Origin: an uncultured Phycisphaerales bacterium
GTDB lineage: Bacteria > Planctomycetota > Phycisphaerae > Tepidisphaerales > Tepidisphaeraceae
DNA length: 64,000 nt
Assembly: GCA_963755915.1 (NCBI GenBank)
Contig: CAVWLP010000002.1
Coordinates: 2,016,001-2,080,000 of the forward strand
Direction of reading: 5' to 3'
In this document: positions 1 through 11,256 of the stretch, piece by piece
Layout of the letters: each line of letters starts with the position of its first letter
Position numbering within the stretch: position 1 is the first letter of the stretch
Position numbers and translations under genes: made by a program
Notes under the pieces: model-generated
The model's input: the letters and a program-made list of their open reading frames with translations, nothing else
Database searches by the model: none
Told to the model about the DNA's origin: nothing

Positions 1-831
1 AACACCGCCCGGTTCTTCGGCGCCCTCTGGGATTATTTCGACAAAAAGCACCACCATCGCGCCATGGCCAACCTCGAGCGCTCCTTCCCCGCCATGACGG
101 ATGACCAGCGCCATCGCCTTGCCCGCCAGAGTGTCCAGCACATGTTTATGCTCGCCGTCGAGGTCCTCCACACCACCCACCTCGTCCGCATCGACACCTG
201 GCGAAAATTTGTCGACATCGACAACTTCCAACAAACTCTCAGCCTCCTCATGAACAACGAAAAAGGTCTCATCATGCTCACCGGCCACTACGGAAACTGG
301 GAGATCCTCGGCTACGTCATGGCCACCCTCGGCTTCGAAAGCACCGCCGTCGCCCGTCCACTCGACAACAAATACGTCAGCGACTGGCTCCTTGGCGTCC
401 GCGAACGACAGGGCCAGAAAATCGTCGGAAAAAAAGGCGCCACCACCGAAATCACCACCCTCCTCGCCGGTGGGGGGGTCGTCGGTTTCGTCGCCGACCA
501 GAACGCTGGCTCCAAAGGCGTCTTCGTCGATTTCTTCGGCCGAAAAGCCAGCACCTACAAATCCATCGGCCTGCTCGCCATGCAATACGAGGTCCCCGTC
601 ATCGTCGGCTATGCCCGGCGCTTAAACGACCGCTTCCATTTCCGCCTCGCCACCCAGGACATCATTTTCCCCGCCGACTGGAAAGACCAACCCGACCCCC
701 TCCACTACATCACCCAGCGCTACACCAAAGCGATCGAAGATTTCGTCCGCGCCGACCCCAGCCAATACCTCTGGCTCCACCGCCGCTGGCGATCCCGCCC
801 CAAAGGCGAAATGCCCTTGAAATACGATTAA
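1..831 (+). CDS. Lipid A biosynthesis lauroyl/myristoyl acyltransferase (HtrB/LpxL family), 5'-truncated by window edge
   Basis: Frame open from base 1; motifs TGHYGNWE, ADQ, VDFFG, PSQYLWLHRRW. Confidence 0.9.
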   Translation, partial: NTARFFGALWDYFDKKHHHRAMANLERSFPAMTDDQRHRLARQSVQHMFMLAVEVLHTTHLVRIDTWRKFVDIDNFQQTLSLLMNNEKGLIMLTGHYGNWEILGYVMATLGFESTAVARPLDNKYVSDWLLGVRERQGQKIVGKKGATTEITTLLAGGGVVGFVADQNAGSKGVFVDFFGRKASTYKSIGLLAMQYEVPVIVGYARRLNDRFHFRLATQDIIFPADWKDQPDPLHYITQRYTKAIEDFVRADPSQYLWLHRRWRSRPKGEMPLKYD

Positions 832-904
832 ATCTCACGCAGAGGCGCAAGAGGCGCAGAGTAGAATAAGCCCTTCTCTCTGCGCCTTGCGCTCTGCGTG
901 AGAT
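832..904. repeat. Palindromic intergenic repeat, CTCACGCAGAG...CTCTGCGTGAG family
   Basis: Long inverted repeat between convergent genes; close copy at 39509-39586. Confidence 0.85.
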
Positions 905-907
905 CTT

Positions 908-1968
908 CATTCTTTTTTTAGCAATAGCCCTCGATACTGCGGATAAACAATCCCCCACGTAAATCGCTCCTCCACGGTCTTCACTCCCCCCGCGACAAGT
1001 TTCTCCCTCAGCCCCGAATCCGTCAAAATCTTCGCGATCGCATCCGCCAGCGCCGGCGGATTGCGCCGGAACCAGCAGCCCGTTCATCCCATTCTCAATC
1101 ACATCCCGAATCCCCGGCACATTCGTCCCGATCACCGGCACGCCCGCCGCCATCGCTTCGATCAGCACCAGCCCAAACCCCTCCGCATCCGACGGCAGCA
1201 CCAGCACGTCAATGCTCGCCAAGGCTCCCACCGGCCCGGCGACCGCCCCATGCAAAATCACCCGGTTCTTCAAATCCAGCGATTCAATCGCCGCCGAAAT
1301 ATTCTTCCGCTCTTCCCCCTCCCCAAAAATATCCAAAATCACCGGCGGAAACAGCATCGACACCGCCGTCACCAAATCCGGCACACGCTTGATCGCATCC
1401 AGCCTCCCGATAAACCCCACGTGCGACTCCTCATCCTCTTCCGTCCCCGCCGCCTCCTCCGGCAAATCCACCGCGTTTGGAATCACCAGAATCTTCCGCC
1501 GATCCACCCCCGCAAAGTTCTCCGCCGCCTCCGCCGCCGAGGGCGACGGCACGACGATCACTTCCGCCGCTCCCTGAATCGCATTCTGCACCGCCCAGTG
1601 CCACGCCGGCTTCGCCTGCGTCGTCTGGATCGACTGAATAAATCGAACCCCCGGCATAAATCGCGCCGCCACTGCCGCCACCGCATTGGCATGAATCAGA
1701 AAACTGAAAACAGTGTCGATGCGTTTCTCGCGAATCAGCCCCAGCAGCCGAAAATAACCCGCGCATCCCACTTCCCCGCGGCCTCCAGCGCCGTTACCGA
1801 CACGCCATGCTCCTGCAATTGCTCTGCCACCGGTCCCCACCCATCCAGACAAGCGACCTCCACCTCAAAATCCTCATCCGCATTCAGCCGCAGCGCCAGC
1901 TCGCGCACGACGGTCGGCGTCCCGCCGATTTTCAGATCCGTGATGAGCAATAAAATTCGCGTCGCCAT
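908..1968 (-). CDS. GT4 (GT-B) glycosyltransferase, split by apparent frameshifts; 3' end approximate
   Basis: N-term ILLLITDLKIGG in ORF 1735..1968 continues into ORF 710..1852 (GFIGRL, EGFGLVLIEAMAAGVPVIGTNVPG). Confidence 0.85.
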
Positions 1969-2155
1969 TTCAAAAGGGGAGTTTACACGAATCCGTGCGG
2001 CGCGCCCCTTGCTTCATCTTCCACCCATCGAGCCGAAGCCATCGACCGCGACACCGTGTCGCTCGTGCTTTTGCTCGAAACGTCCACAGCGCCGCCGTGG
2101 GTGATTTCGCACGCACTTGTGTTTGGACAACTGCCGGATTAAACCACCCCCGCAG

Positions 2156-3754
2156 ATGTCCAACCCCGAAGACTTCTCCAGCCCCGTCACCCCGCGCCTC
2201 CTCTTAAAATTCCTATCTCGCGGCAACTTCCGCGCCCTCCTCCGCGAATTCCATTCCCCCCGCCCATCCGACTACCAGCGCTGGCGTCAACTCCACCCGC
2301 CCCCCAGAAAAAACCATCTCCATTCCGGCCCCAAATTCTCAATCATCTCCAGCGGCAGCCCGTCGCTCCAAAACCAACTCTACAAAAACTACGAACTCCT
2401 CCCCCCAACCAAATCCCGTCTAGATTCCGCCACCGGCCAATACCTCTGCTTCCTCGATGAAGGCGACCGCCTCGCCCCCCACGCGCTGCTCCGCCTCGCC
2501 GAGCAGATCACTGCCAACCCATCCATAGACATCCTCTACTCCGACGAAGACCGCATCACCTCCACAGGCGACCACCACACCCCCTTCTTCAAGCCCGATT
2601 GGTCCCCCGACTATTTTCTCGAATTCCCTTATATTGGCCGCCTCACCGCCTTTCGCACCAACCTGGTCCGCGACGCCGGCGGCCTCCGCCCCGATCTCCA
2701 ATCCGCCACCGAATTAGACCTCCTCCTCCGCCTCCTCCCCCGCAATCCGACAATTGCTCACATCCCCGACATCCTCTACCACCGCCAGGCTAAAAATCCC
2801 CTCGCCCCCTCCCCCGACGCCACCCAACGTCTGCTCGAAGAATTCGTAGAAGCGGCGTCCCCGCCGCTTCCCTCCTCAAGCGGCGAGGACGCCGCTTCTA
2901 CAACACCCGGACTCTCCCCCGAAACCCACCGCATCCGCTACACCATCACCGGCAATCCCCTCATCTCCATCGTCATCCCCAGCGCCTGCCGAACCATCAC
3001 AAAAAACGGCCGCCAAACCTGGTTCCTCCTCGAATGCATCTCCAGCATCCGCCGGCTCAGCACCTACAAAAATTTCGAGATCATCGCCCTCGACAACAAC
3101 GACATGCCCCCCGATCTCGCGGCCGCCCTCAAACCCTTCGACGTCCGCATCGTCCCATACACCGAACCCTTCAACCTCACCCGAAAAATCAATCTCGGCG
3201 TTTCCCACGCCCGCGGCCAGCACCTCCTTCTCCTCAATGACGACATCGAAGTCCTCACCCCCGATTGGATCGAATCGATGCTCGAATATTCACAGCAGCC
3301 CCACATCGGCGCTGTCGGCGCAAAACTCCTCTTCCCAAACAACACCCAGCAACACACCGGCGTGATTCTTCTCAACGGCAACCCCCGCCACCCCTTCTAC
3401 GGCCAGCCCGCCGACCACCCCGGATATTTCCACAGCTCCCAGGTCGTCAGAAACTGGTCCGCCGTCACCGGCGCCTGTATGATGACCCGCGCCGAAAACT
3501 ACCTGAAAGTCGCCGGCTTCTCCGAAGAATTCCCCCTCAACTACAACGACATCGACTATTGCCTCAAGCTCCTCGAACTCGGCAAGCGAATCGTCTGCAC
3601 CCCCTACGCGATCCTCCACCACTACGAATCCGTCAGCAAAACCGGCACCTACCGCGCCGAGTTCCAAGCCTTCCACCGCAAATGGCAAACCCGCTTCCCT
3701 CGCGACCCCTACTACAACCCAAATTTGACACGCCATTTCCGCGTCAAATTATAA
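2156..3754 (+). CDS. GT2 glycosyltransferase, two GT2 domains (O-antigen type)
   Basis: LYSDED, FFKPDWSPD, LLLLNDDIEV, SAVTGACMM, YNDIDYCL, HHYES motifs. Confidence 0.9.
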   Translation: MSNPEDFSSPVTPRLLLKFLSRGNFRALLREFHSPRPSDYQRWRQLHPPPRKNHLHSGPKFSIISSGSPSLQNQLYKNYELLPPTKSRLDSATGQYLCFLDEGDRLAPHALLRLAEQITANPSIDILYSDEDRITSTGDHHTPFFKPDWSPDYFLEFPYIGRLTAFRTNLVRDAGGLRPDLQSATELDLLLRLLPRNPTIAHIPDILYHRQAKNPLAPSPDATQRLLEEFVEAASPPLPSSSGEDAASTTPGLSPETHRIRYTITGNPLISIVIPSACRTITKNGRQTWFLLECISSIRRLSTYKNFEIIALDNNDMPPDLAAALKPFDVRIVPYTEPFNLTRKINLGVSHARGQHLLLLNDDIEVLTPDWIESMLEYSQQPHIGAVGAKLLFPNNTQQHTGVILLNGNPRHPFYGQPADHPGYFHSSQVVRNWSAVTGACMMTRAENYLKVAGFSEEFPLNYNDIDYCLKLLELGKRIVCTPYAILHHYESVSKTGTYRAEFQAFHRKWQTRFPRDPYYNPNLTRHFRVKL

Positions 3755-4620
3755 GAGCGTTGACAACCCCTCTCGCAAGCCATATTTCGGCCTGAACCCA
3801 ATCGACCGCAGCTTCCCCACATCCGCCGTCAAAACCTTTGGATTCTCCGCCGTCGCCCCAGCATCCTGGATCTCAAGCAATGATTCCCCACCTGTCAATT
3901 CCGCAATCGTTTTTCCAATCTCCCCCAGCGACTTCGCCTCCCCCGACGCCACATTCACAACTCCCGTCAGCTCCGATTCCAAAATCGCCACAAACGCCCC
4001 CGCCACATCCTCAACGTGCATGAAGTCCCTCATGTGCCCCCTAAATTTCACCGCCGCGCACTCCCTATTCTGTAGCGGATTCAAGATCGATGGCACAAAC
4101 CTCCGCGGATCTTCCCCCGGCCCATAGGTAAAAAAAATTCTCCCCCACGCCACGGAAACATTTCCCTCTTTCGCCACCGCTTCCACATTCACGCGAGTCG
4201 AATTCTTGCAAACGCCATAAGGCGTCCCCGGCTTACTCGGCGTCTTCTCTTCAGTCAGATGCGAATACGACCAGTCATATTCCCGCACGTCCCCGCAAAC
4301 ACCGCCCGCCTCCCGCCTCCCGCCACAAAACTCTTAAACAGCTCTTCCGACGCCTTCTTCCACTCGACATTGGCCCGCGAATCCCAAAACTTGCCATGCT
4401 CCGCGTACCATGCCAGATGCACCAGATGCGTCGCCCTCACCCGCGCAGCCATCTCCCGCATTTTCCGCGTGTCCAGCAAATCCACTCGATGCGATATCAC
4501 CCCCGGCAGGGGGGCACTATGCAGATGCACCCCATGCACCTCATACCCCCTCCCCAAAAGCTGCGCCACCACCCGCCTCCCCAAAAACCCGCCAGACCCT
4601 GTCACCAATACGCGGTTCAC
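3749..4620 (-). CDS. NAD-dependent epimerase/reductase (NDP-4-keto-6-deoxyhexose reductase-like), one frameshift near 4290
   Basis: VLVTGSGGFLG, HLAW in ORF 4255..4749; YGVCK, RDFMHVEDVA in ORF 3749..4288. Confidence 0.85.
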
Positions 4621-4650
4621 TTGGAAATTCCCCCAGGCCCACCCGTCCAA

Positions 4651-4779
4651 CACCCCAAGGCCGCACCGAACGTCACCAGGCCAGCCATATGCTCCCGCGG
4701 CGGAACCGCCCATGCATATACGAGCCCCCGAGTTCCGTTCGTCAAGCAAACCGTAACCGATAAAAGTCTTTTGCTTCTT
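4651..4779. repeat. ~128-nt dispersed element, copy 1
   Basis: Aligns by eye with 44002-44128 (CGTCACCAGGCCAGCCAT, GCGGAACCGC, ATATACGAG, TAACCGATAAAA blocks). Confidence 0.85.
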
Positions 4780-4811
4780 ATTCCGTCAATTGATGTCCGG
4801 CGCATTCCCAT

Positions 4812-5340
4812 TCAACCCCCATAATCCGGATACGTCCGATCCCTCTCCGAAATCACCGAAACCTTCTCAGGCCATTTGATGCCAAACGCCGAATCATCAT
4901 ACCTCACCCCGCGCCGTCTCCGCGGCATACCACTCAAACATATCGTAGAGCACCTCCGCCCCATCCGTCAGAGTCTGAAACCCATGCGCAAATCCCACCG
5001 GAATAAAAATCCCCCGATGACTCTCCGCCGAAAGTTCCACCCCAAACCACTTCCGATGCGTCCCCGATTCCTTCCGCAGATCAATGATCACATCATAAAT
5101 CGCCCCGCTCGTGCACCGCACCAGCTTCGGCTGCGCCATCGGCTCAACCTGAAAATGCATCCCCCGCAACGTCCCCTTCTTCGCATTAAAAGAAATATTC
5201 GACTGCACGATCCCCGTCGGCAACCCCAATTTCTCAAACTTCCCCCGGTCAAACGAATAGCAAAAGAACCCCCGCTCGTCCCGGAATTTCTCCGGCTCGA
5301 TTACAAACGCTCCCGCCAATTCCGTCGCTTCAAATTTCAT
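4812..5340 (-). CDS. rfbC: dTDP/CDP-4-dehydro-6-deoxyglucose 3,5-epimerase, frameshift near 4910
   Basis: DERGFF, GTLRGMHFQ, KLVRC, GFAHGFQTL; C-term GVRYDD...IKWP in shifted frame. Confidence 0.9.
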
Positions 5341-5349
5341 TCTTTTCCT

Positions 5350-6582
5350 TCAAAAATCACGCACCACTGGAATCGCCACCACAAATTTTCCACCCCATTC
5401 CCGGATAAACTCCATCTGCCACATAACCTCCACCCGAATATTCCACGGCAAAATCAGCAGATAATCCGGCTTCGTCTCCCTCACCTTCTCCGGCGCTTCT
5501 ATCGGAATATGACTCCCGGGCAGAAACTTCCCCTGCTTATACGGCGACTGATCCACCACATACTCAATCGAATCCCCCTTCACCCCGCAAAAATTCAGCA
5601 GCGTGTTCCCCTTCGCCGCCGCCCCATATCCCACGATCTTTTTATTCTCCGATTTCGCCTCACGCAGAAACCCCAAAAACTCCTCCCTGGTCTTCCTGAT
5701 CCGCTCGCCGAAATTCCGATACGTCGAGATCTCCCCCAACCCATGCCGCCTCTCCATCTCCAGCATCTCCCCCACGCGCCCCCCAATCTTAACCGCTGAT
5801 TCCGCATGCACCCCAAATATTCGGACCGACCCCCCATGCGTGGGCAACTCTTCCACATCAAAAAGCTTCATCCCATGCGCCCCAAACAGCCGCTGTGCGA
5901 ACGAAAAACTCAAATACGAAAAATGCTCGTGATAAATCGTATCAAACTGGTTCTCCTCGATCAGCCGCAGCAGATGCGGAAACTCCATCGTAAAAATCCC
6001 GCTAGGCGACAGCAGAATCTTCATCCCCTCCACAAAATCGTTGATATCCGGCACATGCGCCAGCACATTATTCCCCAGCACCAGCGCCGGCTTCACCCCC
6101 TCCCCCTTCAATTTCCGCGCACACGCCTCCCCGAAAAATTCCACCCGCGTCGGAATTCCCCGCTCCTCCCGCGCCACCTTCGCCACATTTGCCGCCGGCT
6201 CAATCCCCAGCACGTCGGCGCCAATTCGCTTAAAATACTGAAGCAGATATCCATCATTGCTCGCGATCTCCACCACACTCGCCCCCGCCCCAATCCCAAA
6301 CCGCCGGCGCATCATCTCCACGTATTCTTCCGCATGTTTCAGCCAGCTCACCGAATACGCCGAGAAATAGGCGTAATCGCTAAAAATCTGCTCCGGCGTC
6401 TCAAACTCCTCAAGCTGCACCAGCTTGCACTCCCCGCAGACCCATGCATGCAGCGGATAAACCGCCTCCTTCTTCGATAACAGCTCTCTTGTCAGATAAG
6501 AATTGCTCGGCGGAGACATCCCCAAATCGGCAAACGTCACCGTTAATTCCGCTCCACAAAATCGGCACCGCGCAGATGGCAT
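5350..6582 (-). CDS. NDP-hexose C-methyltransferase (class I SAM, N-terminal Zn site)
   Basis: CRFCG..C..C, EIASNDGYLL, NNVLAHVPD, FDTIYHEHFSY, THGGS, YGAAAKGNTLL, LILPWN. Confidence 0.9.
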   Translation of the reverse strand: MPSARCRFCGAELTVTFADLGMSPPSNSYLTRELLSKKEAVYPLHAWVCGECKLVQLEEFETPEQIFSDYAYFSAYSVSWLKHAEEYVEMMRRRFGIGAGASVVEIASNDGYLLQYFKRIGADVLGIEPAANVAKVAREERGIPTRVEFFGEACARKLKGEGVKPALVLGNNVLAHVPDINDFVEGMKILLSPSGIFTMEFPHLLRLIEENQFDTIYHEHFSYLSFSFAQRLFGAHGMKLFDVEELPTHGGSVRIFGVHAESAVKIGGRVGEMLEMERRHGLGEISTYRNFGERIRKTREEFLGFLREAKSENKKIVGYGAAAKGNTLLNFCGVKGDSIEYVVDQSPYKQGKFLPGSHIPIEAPEKVRETKPDYLLILPWNIRVEVMWQMEFIREWGGKFVVAIPVVRDF

Positions 6583-6587
6583 CACAC

Positions 6588-7661
6588 TCACCCGCCATCC
6601 GACGCGTCGATAAACCCCTCGATCTGCTCCGCCGAAATCCGCCGCACATCCTCCCCGCGCACCCACGCCTTATACCACTGCGCCGTCAATTTCAGCCCCG
6701 CCGCCAGGTTCGTCCGCGGCCGCCACCCCAGCCGCTCGATTGCCTTGCCCGCGTCCAGCTTCAAACACTCCGTCTCATGCGGCTGCCGGGCCGGCGACCG
6801 CGCCCACGCCGCCCCATCCCCCCAGTGCCTCACCATCTCATCCACGATCCACTTCACAGCCACCGCATCCGCGTCCGGTGGCCCAAAATTCCAAGCCTCC
6901 GCAAACGAAATCCCCTCCTCCACCAATCTCCGCGCCAATCTCAAATATCCCTCCAGCGGATCCAGCACAAACTGCCACGGCCTCACCGAATCCGGATTCC
7001 GAATCACCGCCTCCTTTCCCGCCACGAACGCCCTCACCAAATCCGGCACCAGCCGATCCTTCGCCCAATCCCCGCCCCCGAGCACGTTCCCCGCCCGCGC
7101 CGAAGCGATTGCCGTCGTGCTCCCCCCGAAAAACGAAGCCCGATACGCCGCCACCGCCAATTCCGCGCAGGCCTTCGAGCTCGAATACGGATCGTGCCCC
7201 CCCAGCGGTTCATTCTCCCGATATCCCCGCGGCGATTCATGATTCTCGTAACACTTATCCGTCGTCACCACCACCACCGCCCGAATCCCCTCTCCCACCT
7301 GCCTGACGGCCTCCAGCAGATTCACCGTCCCCATCAAATTCGTCGCATACGTCCCCACCGGATCGTGATAGCTCTCCCTCACCAGCGGCTGCGCCGCCAG
7401 GTGCATCACCACCTGCGCTTCCGATTGCCTTAGCACCTCCGTCAGCCCCGCCAAATCCCTCACATCCCCAATATGCGACGCGGCCAATTCATGCACCCTG
7501 GCCAAATCAAACAGATTCGGCTCCGTGGGCGGCTTCAGCGAATATCCATAAACCCGCGCCCCCAGCCGCTCCAGCAGCACGCACAGCCACGCACCCTTAA
7601 ACCCGGTGTGCCCGGTCACGAAAACCCGCCGATCGCGCCACCAGTTCGATTGCCCCGTCAT
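6588..7661 (-). CDS. rfbG: CDP-glucose 4,6-dehydratase
   Basis: [59 protein letters not shown] overlap with rfbF. Confidence 0.95.
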   Translation of the reverse strand: MTGQSNWWRDRRVFVTGHTGFKGAWLCVLLERLGARVYGYSLKPPTEPNLFDLARVHELAASHIGDVRDLAGLTEVLRQSEAQVVMHLAAQPLVRESYHDPVGTYATNLMGTVNLLEAVRQVGEGIRAVVVVTTDKCYENHESPRGYRENEPLGGHDPYSSSKACAELAVAAYRASFFGGSTTAIASARAGNVLGGGDWAKDRLVPDLVRAFVAGKEAVIRNPDSVRPWQFVLDPLEGYLRLARRLVEEGISFAEAWNFGPPDADAVAVKWIVDEMVRHWGDGAAWARSPARQPHETECLKLDAGKAIERLGWRPRTNLAAGLKLTAQWYKAWVRGEDVRRISAEQIEGFIDASDGG

Positions 7662-8431
7662 TTCCAAACCCTCCAGGGCGCTTCGCCGCGGTTCCACAAA
7701 TCTTCCAGATAATTCTTGTCGCGCAGCGTATCCATCGGATGCCAGAAATCCCCATGCTGATACGCCGCCAACTGCCCCTCCCGCGTCAATTTCTGCAGCG
7801 GCTGCCTCTCCCAAACTGTTCCCGCCCCCTCGATATAATCCATCACCTTCGGCGACAGCACAAAAAAGCCCCCATTGATCCAAGCCCCATCCCCGTGCGG
7901 CTTCTCCACAAATTTCCCCACCAGTTCACCCGCCAGCTCCACGCTCCCAAACCTCCCCGGCGGCTGCACCGCCGTCAATGTCGCCAGCTTCCCTTGCGAT
8001 TCATGAAATTCCAACAGCTTCCTGATATCGATATTCCCCACCCCATCCCCATACGTAAAGCAAAACGCCTTCTCCTTCTCCACAAACTCCCGCACCTGCT
8101 TGAGCCTCCCGCCCGTCTGCGTCTGCTCCCCCGTATCCACCAGCGTCACCTTCCAGGGCTCCGCATGACGATGGTGCACTTCCATCCGATTCGCCGAAAT
8201 ATCAAACGTCACATCGGATGTATGCAAAAAATAATTCGCGAAATATTCTTTGATGATATACCCCTTATACCCCAGGCAAATCACAAACTCATTCACGCCG
8301 TAGGCGCTATAAAGCTTCATGATATGCCACAGAATCGGCTTCCCCCCGATCTCCACCATCGGCTTTGGTTTGACGGCGGTCTCCTCCGAAATCCTCGACC
8401 CCACACCGCCGGCCAGAATCACCGCTTTCAT
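7658..8431 (-). CDS. rfbF: Glucose-1-phosphate cytidylyltransferase
   Basis: [50 protein letters not shown]. Confidence 0.95.
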   Translation of the reverse strand: MKAVILAGGVGSRISEETAVKPKPMVEIGGKPILWHIMKLYSAYGVNEFVICLGYKGYIIKEYFANYFLHTSDVTFDISANRMEVHHRHAEPWKVTLVDTGEQTQTGGRLKQVREFVEKEKAFCFTYGDGVGNIDIRKLLEFHESQGKLATLTAVQPPGRFGSVELAGELVGKFVEKPHGDGAWINGGFFVLSPKVMDYIEGAGTVWERQPLQKLTREGQLAAYQHGDFWHPMDTLRDKNYLEDLWNRGEAPWRVWK

Positions 8432-8472
8432 CCCACGTTTTCATACCACATTTCCCCCCCCAAGGCGATAAA

Positions 8473-9443
8473 ATGCCGCCGCCCGTGCCCCGGCCCCCAG
8501 ACCTCTCCATCCTCATCGTCAACTGGAACGGCGGAGACATGCTCCGCAACCTCCTCGCCTCCATCGAAAAAACCCGCGGTAACCTCGCCGTAGAAACAAT
8601 CGTAGTCGACAACGCCTCCACAGACTCCTCCCTCAACGCCGCGGCTGACTTTCCCAACACCACCCTCCTCCGCAACCCCCAAAACCAGGGTTTCGCCCGC
8701 GGCAACAACCAGGCCGCCCGCGCCGCCAACGCCGAATTCCTCCTCCTCCTCAACAACGACACCCTCGTCCGCGAAAACGCCCTGCAGTTCCTCACCCAAT
8801 TCCTCCGCGACCACCCCCAGGTCGTCGCCGTCGGTCCCAAGCTCATCGGCGCCGACGGCAAACCCCAGCGCTCCGGCCGAAACCTCCCCATCTTCCCCGC
8901 GCTACTGAATTCGATCACCCTATTAAAATGGACCGGCCTCTTCGCCCCCGCCTACCGCCGCTACCGACGCCAGGGCTTCGACCCCGAAAATCCGCCCGCG
9001 CCCCCCAACTCGCCGCAGCCGCCCTGATGATCCGGAGAAACACCTTCGAAAAAATCGCCGGCTTCGACGAAGGCTTCGCTTTCGGCGTCGAAGACGTAGA
9101 CCTCTGCCTCCGCCTCCACGAATTTGGCGAAATCCATTACCTCTCCGAAGCCCAGATCGACCACCTCGGCCGCGTCACCTCTCGCGCCAACCGCCCCTTC
9201 GTCTACCGCTCCTACGAATGCGGCTGGGCCAGATACCTCAACAAACACCACGGCTACTCTGCCGCTCTTCTCTACAAATTCCTGGTAACGATAGACATGC
9301 CCCCGCGCCTGCTCATCCTCGCGATTCAATCCGCCATCCACTCCCTCACCGGCAAACCGGAAAAAGCCCAGCGCTCCGCCGACCTCTTCAAAGCCGCCCT
9401 CTCTTTCGCGCTTACCGGCCTCCCCACCTTCTGGACGAGCTGA
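8473..9443 (+). CDS. GT2 glycosyltransferase (rhamnosyltransferase-like), frameshift near 8990
   Basis: SILIVNWN, VVDNASTD, NQGFARGNN, LLNND; GFDEGF..EDVDLCLR in ORF 8928..9443. Confidence 0.85.
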
Positions 9444-9490
9444 ATCAACAATTTCCCGAAACGCCCACGGCGCCGCCGTGGGGGGAATTC

Positions 9491-10298
9491 CTAACCCACA
9501 CCAAACATCTCCCCAATCCTCCCCCCCACATCCCCGCTCCTCATCAGTTCCTCCCCAATCAGCACCGCCGCCACCCCCGCATCCTTCAGCTTCCGGATAT
9601 CCTCCCTCGACCGAATCCCGCTCTCGCTCACCAGCACGCGCCGGTCTTCCACCAGCTCGCACATCCGCAGCGTCGTCCCCAAATCCGTCTTGAACGTCCG
9701 CAAATCCCGATTATTGATCCCCAGCAAACTATAGCTCCGGTGCGGAAACCCAATCACCCGGTCCCTCACCCGCATCAGATTGTCCAGATCATGCACCTCA
9801 ATCAGACACGTCATATTCAATTCCGTCGCCAGGATCTGAAGATCAATCAGAACACTCGTCTCCAGGCACTCCGCGATGAGCAGCACCGCATCCGCCCCCG
9901 CCACCCGCGACTCATAAACCTGGTACGGATCGACCACAAAATCCTTTCGCAGCACCGGCAACCCCACCGCTCCCCTCACCGCGCAGATCATCCAGCTTCC
10001 CCTGAAAATATTTCTCATCCGTCAAAACGCTCAGCGCGTCCGCCCCTCCCGCCTCATACTGTTTCGCGATAGCCACCGGATCAAAATCCGCCCGAATCAC
10101 CCCCGCGCTCGGCGAAGCCTTCTTCACCTCCGCGATCAGATTCAGCGCCTTTTTCCCCGGCGTAGTCACCGCCTGAAAAAAATTCCGCGGCCGCTCCAAA
10201 TCCCGTACTTTCCCCTTCAGCTCCTCCAGCGAAACCCGCCCCTTCGCCGCCGCGATCTCCTGCCGCTTGGTATCGATGATTTGATCGAGGATACTCAT
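9491..10298 (-). CDS. trpC: Indole-3-glycerol phosphate synthase, frameshift near 9985
   Basis: [54 protein letters not shown]. Confidence 0.95.
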
Positions 10299-10317
10299 TT
10301 TGCCTTTTCACCCTTTG

Positions 10318-10359
10318 TCTCCCGCCCCCGGTACGCCGGGGGGAGGGCAGGGGAGGGGG
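10318..10359 (+). repeat. CCCTC..GTAC..GGGAGAGGG..GGGTGAGGG REP-like hairpin repeat
   Basis: Family copies near 37012, 43897, 45859, 46881, 47777. Confidence 0.75.
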
Positions 10360-10413
10360 TCTTCTTCGTGGGCTTTGGACTGCCCCGGCCGAACTCTAAA
10401 TCGGATCGCCTGA

Positions 10414-11238
10414 ATGTCAAACCCCCTCCTTATTCCCCTCTGGTCCGCCGCCTCAATCCTCATTGCCGCCGCCCTCGGCGTCTTCAAACGCTCCTCCATC
10501 CTTGGCCCCCGTCGCCTCGACGCCGATGAATCTCCTCAAATCCTTCTCGTCTCCATCGGCTTCGCCCTCTCCGCCTGGGCCCTGACCGTCCTGCTCCTCG
10601 GCCAGGCCCATCAACTGGTCCTCAAACATCAGAAGCTCCCACCAACGAACAATCTTTCCGACTCCGAAACCGTCGTCTATAGCGCCGGGATGGACGTCGC
10701 CGTCTTCTGCGCCAGTCTCTTTGCCTCCCGCGCCACCCGCCGCGACGCGCTCGGCCGCCTCGGCCTTTCGCCCCGTCGATTCCCCTTCGGCATCCTCTCC
10801 GGCGCCTTCTTCCTCCTGCTCATTCTCTCCCTCATGCTCTGGCTCAACGAGCTGACCGAATGGGCCCTCGACCGCCTCGGCAAATCCCCGCCGCCCCACG
10901 AGCTTCTGGAAATCCTCACCTCCAATCCCCCTCCCTGGCTGCGCTTCGCTGACATCCTCGCCGCCGGACTCTTCGCCCCGCTGGCCGAAGAGCTCTTCTT
11001 CCGCGGGCTGCTGCAAACCTTCCTCCGCTACACCCTCAAACTCCCCTGGCTCGCGGTCATCCTCGCCTCCATCGCCTTTGCCCTTTTGCACCCATGGTGG
11101 ACCTGGCCGCAGATCTTTTTCCTGGGCCTCTGCCTCGGCTACGTCTACGAACGCACGGGCAACCTCTGGACCACCATCGCCATCCACTCCCTCTTCAACC
11201 TCACCTCCATCTGGGCTTTTACCCACCTGGGGTCCTGA
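10414..11238 (+). CDS. CPBP (CAAX/Abi) intramembrane metalloprotease
   Basis: APLAEELFFRG, FALLH, IAIHSLFN; multiple TM helices. Confidence 0.9.
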   Translation: MSNPLLIPLWSAASILIAAALGVFKRSSILGPRRLDADESPQILLVSIGFALSAWALTVLLLGQAHQLVLKHQKLPPTNNLSDSETVVYSAGMDVAVFCASLFASRATRRDALGRLGLSPRRFPFGILSGAFFLLLILSLMLWLNELTEWALDRLGKSPPPHELLEILTSNPPPWLRFADILAAGLFAPLAEELFFRGLLQTFLRYTLKLPWLAVILASIAFALLHPWWTWPQIFFLGLCLGYVYERTGNLWTTIAIHSLFNLTSIWAFTHLGS

Positions 11239-11256
11239 TCTGATATAAATTATTCC

